DNA of 63,333 bases, the filler included, from Craspedostauros australis (Eukaryota): NCBI GenBank assembly GCA_030167865.1. It is 4 parts of 4 records of this genome, joined end to end, with 100 filler letters (N's around TTAATTAATTAA, not from the genome) between each part and the next. Parts side by side here need not be neighbours in the genome. Positions count along the whole stretch, not along the records: positions 16,891 to 27,132 come from JALAGF010000363.1; positions 27,233 to 53,217 come from JALAGF010000364.1; 2 more parts are not named here. One strand, 5' to 3'. Under the pieces are notes generated by a model that saw nothing but the letters and a program-made list of their open reading frames with translations, ran no database searches and was not told where the DNA came from. Positions 22,374 to 32,925 of this stretch are shown here, piece by piece; position 1 is the stretch's first letter; each line of letters begins with the position of its first letter. The position numbers and the translations under genes were made by a program.

Positions 22374-22814
22374 GGCTGGCGGGTTTGTTGATATAGACGG
22401 AATGGAGTGTTAGGCGGAATGAAGTGGAGACGAGTGTGTATCGATTTACGAGTAGACACAACAATGCATGCAGTCCTAATCTCAAGCAGTAGCTTCCGCT
22501 GATTACCATCGTTGCGCTGGAACAGTGAGAGAACGACTTGCCGTTCGTGTATGCAGTGTGGTTTTGGTATCTTTGAAGCGTCTGCCGACACGTCAGTCAG
22601 TGCCAAAACTTCATGAAGCAAATCTGAAAAAGATCCACAGTTCGCTCATGTGGCGTCCGCACCACAACCATCACACACAGACAGCACGAGAGAAAGAGAT
22701 CAAGCTCCAGACACTTGCGGCACTCTCCCAAACTTTGGTCACAAGTCAACAACAGAGCAAGTCACCAAGTCACCAAGCAACCAAGCATTCCATCCACTCT
22801 ATTCAAGAGACGCA

Positions 22815-23702
22815 ATGAGCATCTCCAAGCCATCTTCCCAAACCGCCTTCGCGCTTGCCGCAGCGTTGGCGATCGTGTCGACTTTCCACGTTCAAGGCTT
22901 CACGATTCCTTCGCCGGTGCCATCTCGGCCAGCACAGCAGCACTGTCCTCGTGCCACAGCGCTCGCGGCTGCTGCATCAGCAGAAGAGCAGGTGGCGCCC
23001 AAACCGACTTCCAAGGCAGATCCACACTGGATGGACTTTTTGAAGTACGACGGACAACCAACCTTCGATGTTATCGAGAAAACGAAGCAGTACACCTCGG
23101 AACCAGGCTACAAGTCGTTCAACTTGGCGCAGATACCGACCACGTACTACGATGACGAGTACCTCTTCCGCGGTCCCTTCATCGGACCCATGACGCGCGA
23201 GGACCTCGACGAGACCAACTCCAATTTCAAGGTCTCCAAGGTCTTTCCCGACTTGGATCGTGTGCCCTTCGGCTTCGCGGTCGATCCCGAGAATCCCTAC
23301 CGCGTGTTGTACTTCGAACGATGGGAATACACCCACACGGGCGATTTCGAACTGATCAACACGCCAATCACGTTGCTGCCGACCAACAATTACGGTAAGC
23401 AGCCATTGGTGCCATTCTCGTTGAATTGGACTCCGGAAGGCAAGATCATCTACGCTGCGTTGGGAGGCGAGGTGGATCGGTTCGAGGGCAACACGCAGGG
23501 CAAATCAGCCGTGACGGGGTTGATGCAAACGATGGGTCTCATGGATGGCATCCATGTGCACGTAGGCAACAAGTTGCTGTGTCTATTCCAAAAGTTCGTC
23601 CGCTTCGCCAATCAGCCATTGCAGCAGCTTTCCAAAGAGGAAGATATTCCGTCGTGGTGGAAGAGCAAGGCGCGCGGTGCGGAGGTCAATGATACTGTGT
23701 GA
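22815..23702 (+). CDS. Plastid-targeted SnoaL/NTF2-like fold protein, paralog 2
   Basis: Tandem duplicate of 21480-22373 (shared DPHWMDFLKYDG, FGFAVDPENPYRVLYFERW, DIPSWWKSKARG). Presequence ...HVQG-FTIP; ATG at 22815. Confidence 0.7.
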   Translation: MSISKPSSQTAFALAAALAIVSTFHVQGFTIPSPVPSRPAQQHCPRATALAAAASAEEQVAPKPTSKADPHWMDFLKYDGQPTFDVIEKTKQYTSEPGYKSFNLAQIPTTYYDDEYLFRGPFIGPMTREDLDETNSNFKVSKVFPDLDRVPFGFAVDPENPYRVLYFERWEYTHTGDFELINTPITLLPTNNYGKQPLVPFSLNWTPEGKIIYAALGGEVDRFEGNTQGKSAVTGLMQTMGLMDGIHVHVGNKLLCLFQKFVRFANQPLQQLSKEEDIPSWWKSKARGAEVNDTV

Positions 23703-23954
23703 GGTGAATAGCGATTGCATGGTGTCAACCATCGTTGCAATAGACAGGAAATGATACTGTAGAACACGATCCTTTCACACCACGCGAATGAAGACTGCCA
23801 CCTGATCGCACCTTGTCATAGACCTGCGCATACTGTGTGCACGTGTGCGTTTTCGTGAATGCGTGAGTCTACTCTATCTACAAGTTACTCTATGGTTTGT
23901 GAAGGCAGCAGCAACGATCAAGAGGATGATTGGAGTGTATGGCAACGAGTGTGC

Positions 23955-25646
23955 TCAATGGATGATCGTTTGCCACATGCACAGGATGGCGGACAGCGCG
24001 ATGCATGCTACTGGCATACCATAAGTTGCCGGACTTGCGGAATCGTCTTCATTCAGCTCACCGGACTGACTCGTCGATGCAGCACCAGCATCGTTCGAAA
24101 GGTCTGCAGCAGCATTCGTGGATGCTGACGGTTGAGTGGTGGGCGCGGTTGATGGTGCCGCAGATGCGACGGAGCTCTTTGGCTTTGGCAACGGTGTCGG
24201 CGGCGAGCTGAGTCCATCAGCCGGTGTCACTGCGCCATCACAGTCGAAGCTGGTCGGTGGATCGGAAGACATCTCGCACACATGGGTGCGGATGTACTCG
24301 TATGCCCAGCTGATGCGCGCGAACATGCCAGGGAATAGTTCTGCATTGGTGGAGCGACATCAAAGTTGAAGGTGGGCACAGCAGGCAGTGTGAAGAGTTG
24401 GAACGAAAGAAGAAGAGTATCGTGAGTGCAGATGTAATCGCACGATTGTTGCTCCAGGTTTGCGGTCATCTCGGTATTCTGTTCATCGCAAGATTCCCCA
24501 AGACCACCTATTGGTGATATATGGTCTCCATTTCGTGCCGCAGTACTTACTGGTGTCGCAATCCACGCCCCAGGACGTGAGCCCGACCTGAACATCCTGA
24601 GTGGGGTCGTCGCCGAGAATTAACAGTGGTCCTCCTGAAGATCACACCGCAGAAAAACGAGGCGTTGCAACAACAATAAAAAATGGTGACGCAGAGAGAA
24701 CGTGTGAGTTTGCATGTGGTACGTGGCGGCGGTATTGATGTTGGTGATGCCAATCTGCATGGATGCCTGGCTTGCAACTGGGCGGAGAAGCAAAGTTCAC
24801 GCGTGAGGCGCCTCCTATCATTTCGTACGACTGCGATCACAGGCACATACGCAAGCTACTCCACTCACCTGAATCACCGAAGCAGGTTCCGCCTCCGTTC
24901 TCTTGATACATGCAAAGCGTATCCTCCTGGATGATGCCTTCCGTATCCTTGTAATAGAAGTCGAAGATGCCCTGGCAGTTCTCATTGGAGATGTAGCGCG
25001 CGTCATCAAACCTCTGGAGAATGGGCTCGTACACTCCCTCGCCATTCGACGTGTCACCCCAACCGATGGCCTCGATCTCAAGCTGACCGTCGATCGGAAC
25101 ATCGGGATCGACGTTGAGCTTGACCGGAAAGCGGAATTTCGCAGACCGTACGAGCTTAAGAACTGCCACGTCGGCCCGCACTTCCCCTTCGAAGGCGTAG
25201 GATGGATGGACCTCCGCAGCCTGAACTCGGATGTTCTCAGCCTCCTCATCCGGGTCGCTGAGATCGTGCGGGTCGATAAACGCGCTGATGAAGAATAACG
25301 ATGGAGCATCGTCCATGCAGTGCGCCGCGGTCAAGACGATATCCGATGCAATCAGGGTTCCACCGCACACATGGCTGCCATAGAAGCGCAGCGCAACCAT
25401 GTAAGGGTAGCGACCCTGCACTGCGTCCGTGCCTTTGACGATCCTTGGACTGGGATCGAGCTGACCTCCTGTGGATGCTGCATCGTTGTCACCGTCCTGG
25501 ATCTCTTTGTAGTAGTTCTCGGACGGCGTGAAGGAGAGCTCCTTCGTGAAAAGCTCGCTCTTGTTGGAAACTGGCGATGTCGACAGGTCGGTCGCGAAGA
25601 CGAGAGGGAGAGCGACGATCAGCTGCAGGATGGAGAGATTGCTCAT
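23955..25646 (-). CDS. S1 (chymotrypsin-fold) serine protease with C-terminal Ser/Thr/Pro-rich stalk and hydrophobic tail; exons 25646-24869, 24634-24551, 24340-23955
   Basis: Activation site R-IVKG; triad LTAAHC / DVAVLKL / GDS|GGP. Exon 2 (GPLLILGDDPTQDVQVGLTSWGVDCDT) was recovered via GTGAG..TCAG and GTAAGT..GCAG introns; exon 3 begins KLFPGMFARISWAYEYI. An alternative upstream ATG exists at 25787. Confidence 0.9.
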
Positions 25647-26754
25647 GAGAGTACTCGCAGGTTGGTTGGACCGCCTCCTGTTGCCCCGACTCCTTCGCCT
25701 CCTTGCGTTCATAGTCATCGCTTGCGTGGTTGGCATTGTCTCCATTGTCTCCATTGAGCCTTCCGTAGTCGGCGATGCGTTCATCATGCTGTGGCTTTTG
25801 GGTGGTGCAAATCCAACTTTGTGAGAAAGTCTCTGTCTCCCGATACTCTTTTCTCTATCCGAGTCCGTACTCGTGTTTGACGGTGTGATTATCGTTGTGT
25901 CTGTGGTTGTGCTTGTCGTTATGCTCAGATTTATGCTTGGTGCATCTCCAACAGTCGCTTTGTGATCTCTGTGGCTCTGCGGTCTTGCCGATCTCGCAAT
26001 GAGGATGTGTCCAGCTATTGGTCGTTTACCAACCAAAGACATGTGAATGCCAAACTTCGCAACACAGCAATGCGATACCGTATTGTGTGTGTCATTCGAC
26101 ACCTCCAGCGTTGGCGCCACAAAAGGCGTTTACTCGCGGTTCGTTGAACAATGGTTAGTTTTCGCCAAACAGAGAAGGTGAGGGAAAGGTGTGAGTTTTC
26201 GTGGGTGTTGGCAGGCATCTTTGCGTGCAGACCCGGTGGCAGTTCAGGCGTTCGGCGCCGTTCCGCGCCTTCCTTTTTGGGCGTGTGGCCATCGTGGCCG
26301 AGTCGTGCGCGACGGTTTGTGTGGTGGAATCATGTTCCATTTTGACACGAATGATGATTTCACGATAACCGCGATGTGCTCGATCGACAAAGATGCGCCT
26401 CTTCGTTGCTCACGAAAACGATGCCAACAAATGGAATCGTGGTTGATCGTATTTGTGTTGGCTCTGATTAGGACGGTTTACCATTATGGAATGGTGAAGA
26501 ACAATGTCGTACCAGACTCGAGACGGACAACACACAGCAATCGTGTTTTGTCACGCGAAAGGCACAATGTATCACCTTATTAGTCTGTCTGTCATACGTC
26601 AGGCGGGGACTCTCGCCACTCTGATGAGCATCCGAGCTGGAGATCGCTTGCGGCGACCATTCACGAACTGCAACATCTACGTACTCTGTCCATTTATTTG
26701 ATCTAGTCGTTGCGTAAAGCCATCGTCTGTCTCGGACGACGAACTTCTTGCGTA

Positions 26755-27368
26755 CTACCTCCAGGTCGCAGTTGATGCACTCACGATAACACTAGTTGTG
26801 GAGTTTTGGCCCCTTGTTGTCACTGGTTTGCTTGCTTTTGGGAGAAACGGCGATTGGATATTTAGAGCTATTGTGTGTTTGCTCTCGCTGATCCGTCTTC
26901 TACGTCACAGGGAACGTATTCCACGTCATGAAAAACGAGTCACAACAGAGGAAGAGACATCGTGTGACTCTTCCTCCGCAAGACAAGATGATGACTGCGC
27001 GCGGCGACAACAGAATGTGCCAGGCCAGGACAGCCAACAACACTCCATGTTGACCAGTCTCACAATGGAAACCAGCAACAGCCAATCGTCTCGGAATACG
27101 ACGAAGCGCATTGGCGAGCTGTCCGACGCAGANNNNNNNNNNNNNNNNNNNNNNNNNNNNNNNNNNNNNNNNNNNNTTAATTAATTAANNNNNNNNNNNN
27201 NNNNNNNNNNNNNNNNNNNNNNNNNNNNNNNNATCATAAGCAGTTGTTTGGATGGTTTTGGGTGTGCTCTAATTTAGTCTACTTTATCACGACTCATCAC
27301 GAGTAAAACTCAAAAAACACTCCACAACTAGTGTTATCGTGAGTGCATCAACTGCGACCTGGAGGTCG
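26755..27368 (+). mobile_element. Tc1/mariner-like DNA transposon, copy 2, interior lost in assembly gap; 50-bp TIRs at 26755-26804 and 27319-27368, TA on both sides
   Basis: The left TIR ctacctccaggtcgcagttgatgcactcacgataacactagttgtggagt matches the reverse complement of the right end at 49/50. TA occurs at 26753-26754 and 27369-27370. An ORF from ATG 27047/27065 runs into the gap as ...KRIGELSDA(E/D), resembling Tc1-type transposase N-termini. Confidence 0.8.
27133..27232. other. Assembly linker N44-TTAATTAATTAA-N44
   Basis: Same artificial 100-nt spacer. Confidence 0.95.
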
Positions 27369-28257
27369 TATGATTTCGACTGCACCGATTATTCGCAACC
27401 TACGCAAACCATATTGTATACAAAATACAATCTACCGCTACACCCGAATGACGGATCACGACTGACCACTTCCTATTTGTCCGTGTTTGCGTGACGAAGA
27501 GGTCGGATGTTCCGATTCGTCCGACAAAGAGCCTTTCGAGAATCCCGATCCCAATCCAATCCAGTAGAGAAGCGTTCTGGAAGAACACAACCAACCAAAT
27601 TTCCAACCTCGTCATTACTTTCCACGTCTGATGTACGCAGAGCCAGGTGAAGACACCATACCTCGTGCGTGGCCGCCGAGCGACATCTACTTTTGAAAGC
27701 GAACTGTTGTACGAGCTCGGCACATTGTTGGATGCAACTCGTGCACTACCACGAGGTCTCTATTTGACCCACTCGACCGTTCAGATTGAGAGGTTGCCAA
27801 TTTCTTTTCCATTTTGCGGCAGCTGCTTCCTCGTAGCTTTTGCGCCATGCCAGCCAATAGAAACGCCAATGATGGGACTGTTGCCGTGACGATGCTCATC
27901 CCACACCACAAATCTCTGAAATCGGATCCCAGATACCGATAACACCAACAACAGCCACACAGAGAACAACCACGAACTGCCGCACGAAACACCACGCGAT
28001 CGAAGAACAACAAGGTGGACAATCTGCCGATCGTCACCAAAAAGGAACGAAATTGCAAGGGAAGCAACCTGCGGAACACCAACAGGAGAAGCAGCAGCAA
28101 CAGCAACAACAGAGATTCCTGGCATTGTTCCTCGCAGCCATTCGCCACACCCCAACTCATCATAATTGCTGTCGCCTGCTGACATCAAACAGCCAAACCG
28201 CAACAAACCAACTGTACGTCGATCACACTGCGAGTAGAGCATTAGTACATTATTATC

Positions 28258-29079
28258 ATGATGAAGATGTCCATGTCCACGATCTGCACCCTCGCGCTGC
28301 TGGCATTGCCAGCCAACACTCTGGCTTTCACGACGCAGTCGGCAGGATGCCGTCCATCCACAATGCCTTGCGTTCAGTCGCCTCTGTTCAAAGCTTCGCC
28401 TGTGACGACCAGGGCGCCAAGCACACCGGAGTTCCTGAGAGCCAGCACGGCCGTCAACAGCGAGGCCAGTCCCAACCCAAGCGACGCAGTCCTCAAGAGC
28501 CTGGAAAAGAAGGAGGCCGACTTCATCCAAAAGCGCGAGGACGCCAAGGCCAAGCTCTTCGAAGCCGAGCAGAAGCTGGAATCCATCCAGCTCAAGAAGC
28601 AGAACTACCTCAACGGTGTGGACTTGGCGGAGTCTGCGCCACAGGGCAGCTTCTCCGAAACCACCGCTCGATCCGCCGTCAAGGCCTTCGCGTGGCGCAT
28701 TATTGCCGGCGCGGTCACATTCTTCACTTCGCTCCGCTTCTCAGGATCCCTCGCCACCGCGCTCTCCATCGTCGGCTCCGACTTCTTCAGCAAGTCCTTC
28801 ACCATGTTCATCGGCGAACGCCTCATGAACAAGAGCAACGCCGGTCGCACGGCCGGAGGTGACGGCGCCGGACGCTCCCTCGCCAAGGCCCTCATCTGGA
28901 GGCTCTTCGCCATCTGCAACACCCTCACCATGGCCATCTTCGTCGCCAAGGACATCTCGATCGCCTCCAAGATCGCAGGATCGGACGCCATCTTCAAGAC
29001 CGCCCTCATGTTCTTCTACGAACGAGCCTGGGCCAAGGTCGAATGGGGCAAGGAGTACGACCCAGGATTCTCCATCTAA
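28258..29079 (+). CDS. Plastid-targeted membrane protein with coiled coil and two DUF2061-like repeats
   Basis: Presequence ...ANTLA-FTT; repeats ETTARSAVKAFAWRIIAG...FIGERL and GRSLAKALIWRLFA...FFYERAWAKVEWG, matching the DUF2061 pattern RSxxKaxxWR...ERxW. Confidence 0.8.
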   Translation: MMKMSMSTICTLALLALPANTLAFTTQSAGCRPSTMPCVQSPLFKASPVTTRAPSTPEFLRASTAVNSEASPNPSDAVLKSLEKKEADFIQKREDAKAKLFEAEQKLESIQLKKQNYLNGVDLAESAPQGSFSETTARSAVKAFAWRIIAGAVTFFTSLRFSGSLATALSIVGSDFFSKSFTMFIGERLMNKSNAGRTAGGDGAGRSLAKALIWRLFAICNTLTMAIFVAKDISIASKIAGSDAIFKTALMFFYERAWAKVEWGKEYDPGFSI

Positions 29080-30145
29080 GCGCCATGCACGGGCCGCGAT
29101 CAGATGCGATCCTTTGGGTTGCGTCTCGTCGTGCGGGGCCATGTTGGGCCGAATTGGACTGCCAGGCATCGCCACGGTGCCTGGAATCTATTGCACCTTT
29201 TCTAAGGCAGAACGACATGGTCCAGTGCAGCCCGAGGATGGCAGGGCATGTGAAGGAGCGATTTGGTGTGCTCTCAACATCGCAGCATGGAAAAACAAGC
29301 AGATACTGATACTGTCGGCGAGTACGCATGATCCGCAATCGATACGGATCATCAGGACAGTCACGGTAACGACGATGATGCTACTGGCACCATTGTGACT
29401 GCTGTTGGCAATGCTCTACCGGCATTTGTTGTCTTGCGCACTTCTTTTTTCTTTGATTTAATTTCATTTCATTTGCTCCCTTCCTTCCACATGGTGCCTG
29501 GCGAAACACGCCCAATACCGCTACCCACATCGGTACCATACATACCACATATCTCATTTGTCTACTCTGCGGGTACTCCGCCGAGAAAATCGAATCGCAA
29601 AGACCACACAATGCGTCCGCCACAAATCACATCATCGTGGTCGCACGATTCGCATGACGCACTGCCTTTTGGGGCTCGCAGAGAGGATGAACCGACACCG
29701 GCACTTCGAAGAAGTTCGAACCTCGAACCTCCGGTGCGGCACCTTCTACTCATGCAAATACATCAATACACCAGACATGACAAGTGCGCGGCAGTCACGT
29801 GCACTCTCAAATGCAGCACGGAAAACTGACGAACAGCAGTGTTTCCCAGTCATTCCGAACGCATGTTGATTCCATCTTGTGAATGGTGATAGTGGTATCG
29901 CGAGAGTAGGTTTCATAACACTACGATAGAGAAATACTAAGAGCATGTAATCGCAGCGATAGACACCACGAGCAACCGTAACACTACTCGCAGAGCGCAA
30001 TCGTCAGTCTGCAAGCACCGATGTTGAAATACTCTAGAGTGTTAGTACAGTATGGTACGTCTCGGTCACATGCGACAACCGTAATTATGCTCGCAGGTGT
30101 CCGCCTCTATCTCGCCTTTGTGACAGACGGGCAATCAAACTACTC

Positions 30146-32431
30146 TCAAGATGTCATGGATCGCTGCCGAGCAGTTTCGAAGTCATCATCTGTGTCCATG
30201 GATTCCTTCCGCTGCATGGAGGATGCTGCCGAAGACCCTCCTGCTGTTCCTGCCGCACGTCCTGGAAGCAAGTGTTCCGTGCAATGGACCAGCATTCGGT
30301 ACTCCTGTAGCAGTTTTGGCAAATCTCTGAGCCGGACATCCTCCGGACGGGCTGCCAGGAAGGAGTACGAACGCACAAAGCCTGACGGCATTTGCTGTTG
30401 GCGATGCTTGTAAGAGTGGGCCATCTTGCTCTTGGTGGTACTCTTGCTGTTGCCAGTTGCCATCAACGTCTCATCGCTGCTCTGGTAGAGGGTGGGCGGG
30501 TATTGCGCATCATTTCGCCATTGCAGCGCCCACTTCAAATCCAGCATCTCGCCGTTTTGTCGTGCCGCTCTGACTGCATGGACGTCGACGTTTGTCGGTG
30601 GATTTGGAGGTGCCGGCGTTTGCTTCAGCGTCAGATCGTCCGCGCCGTTTGCAGCACCTTCCAGCCTGTCCTGGATGGCCTGTCGGCAGGATTGGATGTT
30701 CTCCTCGAATGTTTTGGGATCGATCGTCAAGCTGGATGGGTTGGACATGTCCAGATCATGGAGGAATTGCACGGCCCCGTACAAGTTTGTGTATGCGTAC
30801 CCTGCTTTGCCACGCAGCGATTCGGGCGTCGCAAATGCTTCGACGATGGACAGCGATCGCAGCAACCGTGATGCTTGGCTCATGATGACCGTCAGGATCA
30901 TCGCTGGAAGGACGTCGTCGGCGCTGGGAAGCTTCATGTCAGCTTGGCTGGTTCCCTCAGGATTCATCGCGGAAGACAAGGATTCGTTGATGCCCTGGTA
31001 GAATGCCAGGACCTGCTGCAGCTTTTCGCCGGGCGAGTAGAAGCTCTCGAAGCACAGAAGGGACTTGATCGGGCCGGCGAGTAGTTTGGGAAGGCCCGCC
31101 TCATTGCCTTCAAGACATGCGATGTCAAGATGGGTCGGTTTGATGAACTTCAATTCGTTCAGCTTCGCCTTCCAGTCGTCATCTGAGAGGCTGAAGGAAC
31201 CATCGAAAGTTAATGTCGACAAGATGGGTTGGCACTGGGCAAACAGGAACGATTCAAATGACCGACGCATGGCATCATCCATTTTCGATTTGAATGCCGC
31301 GTGCGTCGTCATGGATTCCAACGTCGATTGAAGATACGATTTCACAGCAGACGCAACCTGGTCAGTGCTCTTCGTGCCTTCGGCGAGGTTGCGGATGAAG
31401 TTGCGCATGCCCTGCACGAGAAGGGCACTCGGAGGCTGAAGTAGGATGGCAGTGAATGCATTGTATGCTCGCAGACCACCCCCCTGCGGATCGTTCTCGT
31501 CCGTATCCAAAGCTTGCAGGAGGTGCTTCGCCTCATCGTCCTCCCACCTGCCGACCTTGATCATGCGCGAATGGGTATGAATATGAGTGTTGGTATGGAT
31601 CATGCCAAAACCAATGGAGGTGAGATTGAGAGAATGCACGAGTTTGTGAGCATACAGACACGCAGGTAGACAGTTACAGAGATACACCGCTTCTCCACGC
31701 GAACGTGCGGGTTGTTGCCGTGTGAGAGGAATGCAGTTGATGACATGAGCATCACACACTTCTTGGTAGATTTGAATATGCACAAAGCACGTTGGCACCA
31801 TGGGAGGGCTCCTGCCTAACCACTGCCAACCTGTTCGTAAACTGCGTTGAGTGGCGAACGACTGCGTGCGCGACAACAGCGCGGAACAAAATCGTGGACG
31901 TACCAGTTTCTCAATTCTATCCGCGACATCCTGCGGCGAAGTTTGATGACTGTCCATGCCGTAGAGATTGGAAAGGAGCTTCGTCGCAGTGGGCAGCTTT
32001 TTGGAGATCATGGAGGACTGGATGGTCGACAAGCGAGGATCAAGCGTCCAGGCATCTCCAGGATCCTGAATACCATCATGCGGCAAAGGTGTCTGCAGGA
32101 TCCATCGGCGGCGATCTTCCCTCGCCTGCTGCAGCAGGTCTGCCTTCCGCGACTGTGCCACCGCCTTGGAGACGGCGCCGCTCGCGATGACCTTCATCGC
32201 ATCCGGTTCCGAGAGGGCTGCATCTTGCAGCAGGTTCTCGGTTTTGCTTGTTGCGTTGCTTCCATCTCCATTGTTGCCATCGTTTGCACCATCCGCGCTG
32301 CTGCTTCCCGCAGCTGTGGTGGCAATGGCCAGAGCTGCTTGTGGGGTGGAGCCTGCTGGCTTTGTGGAATCCTCGGCCGCTCCGCCTGCAGTCTCGCCGG
32401 CTGATTTCTTCTCCAAACTCCCGTCCTGCAT
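30146..32431 (-). CDS. VPS9-domain protein (Rab5 GEF); probable exons 32431-31904 and 31555-30146
   Basis: VPS9 motifs SPGEKL, SADDVLP, GKAGYAYTNLYGAVQFL. A non-protein-like stretch is bounded by GTACGT (31903) and AAG (31556), a phase-0 intron of 348 nt. Confidence 0.85.
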   Translation of the reverse strand: MQDGSLEKKSAGETAGGAAEDSTKPAGSTPQAALAIATTAAGSSSADGANDGNNGDGSNATSKTENLLQDAALSEPDAMKVIASGAVSKAVAQSRKADLLQQAREDRRRWILQTPLPHDGIQDPGDAWTLDPRLSTIQSSMISKKLPTATKLLSNLYGMDSHQTSPQDVADRIEKLVRPRFCSALLSRTQSFATQRSLRTGWQWLGRSPPMVPTCFVHIQIYQEVCDAHVINCIPLTRQQPARSRGEAVYLCNCLPACLYAHKLVHSLNLTSIGFGMIHTNTHIHTHSRMIKVGRWEDDEAKHLLQALDTDENDPQGGGLRAYNAFTAILLQPPSALLVQGMRNFIRNLAEGTKSTDQVASAVKSYLQSTLESMTTHAAFKSKMDDAMRRSFESFLFAQCQPILSTLTFDGSFSLSDDDWKAKLNELKFIKPTHLDIACLEGNEAGLPKLLAGPIKSLLCFESFYSPGEKLQQVLAFYQGINESLSSAMNPEGTSQADMKLPSADDVLPAMILTVIMSQASRLLRSLSIVEAFATPESLRGKAGYAYTNLYGAVQFLHDLDMSNPSSLTIDPKTFEENIQSCRQAIQDRLEGAANGADDLTLKQTPAPPNPPTNVDVHAVRAARQNGEMLDLKWALQWRNDAQYPPTLYQSSDETLMATGNSKSTTKSKMAHSYKHRQQQMPSGFVRSYSFLAARPEDVRLRDLPKLLQEYRMLVHCTEHLLPGRAAGTAGGSSAASSMQRKESMDTDDDFETARQRSMTS

Positions 32432-32925
32432 CGTGTTCACCAGCAAGTGAGGATTTGCGTGTCTTTCGTTCTTCTCTGAGCCTACTCGTGCTCTCTAATG
32501 CTGTAGTATGACTGCAGCGCAGAAGCTTCGTTGCTGCTGTCGGTATCACTTTCGTCGTCGTCGTTGTTGTTATGGGAGCCGAAGTTGTGTCGTGTCCTGC
32601 GCTTCTGACGTGCGGCACAAGTGCAACAGAATCCCATTGTGCCTCTCCCTGCGTCGTGTGTCTGTTGTTCTCCTCGTTGAATTGCTTCCGCTTCCGCCTT
32701 TTCTGCTATTTTCCACAGAACTCCCACGGGACTTGCCCTCTTGGAGGATCTTTGGCGCCAAACATCACACAACACAGACATCTGATGCAGTCGCATACGA
32801 GCCACCACACGATCCAACCGACTTTCGACAATCCATCACCTATCTCTGCGCATTTAAAAATACGCGTATAATAGAGCGTAGCAAAGAATACCCCGTGCGA
32901 CAACATAGCAGGAACAATAGCGAAC

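Noticed and set aside
25788..26120. Extended N-terminus of the protease in the ORF track
   Set aside because: It starts at a non-ATG codon and reads like 5'UTR. Other GTG/TTG-start extensions (3671, 4038, 15941, 22650, 34850, 55139) were trimmed for the same reason.
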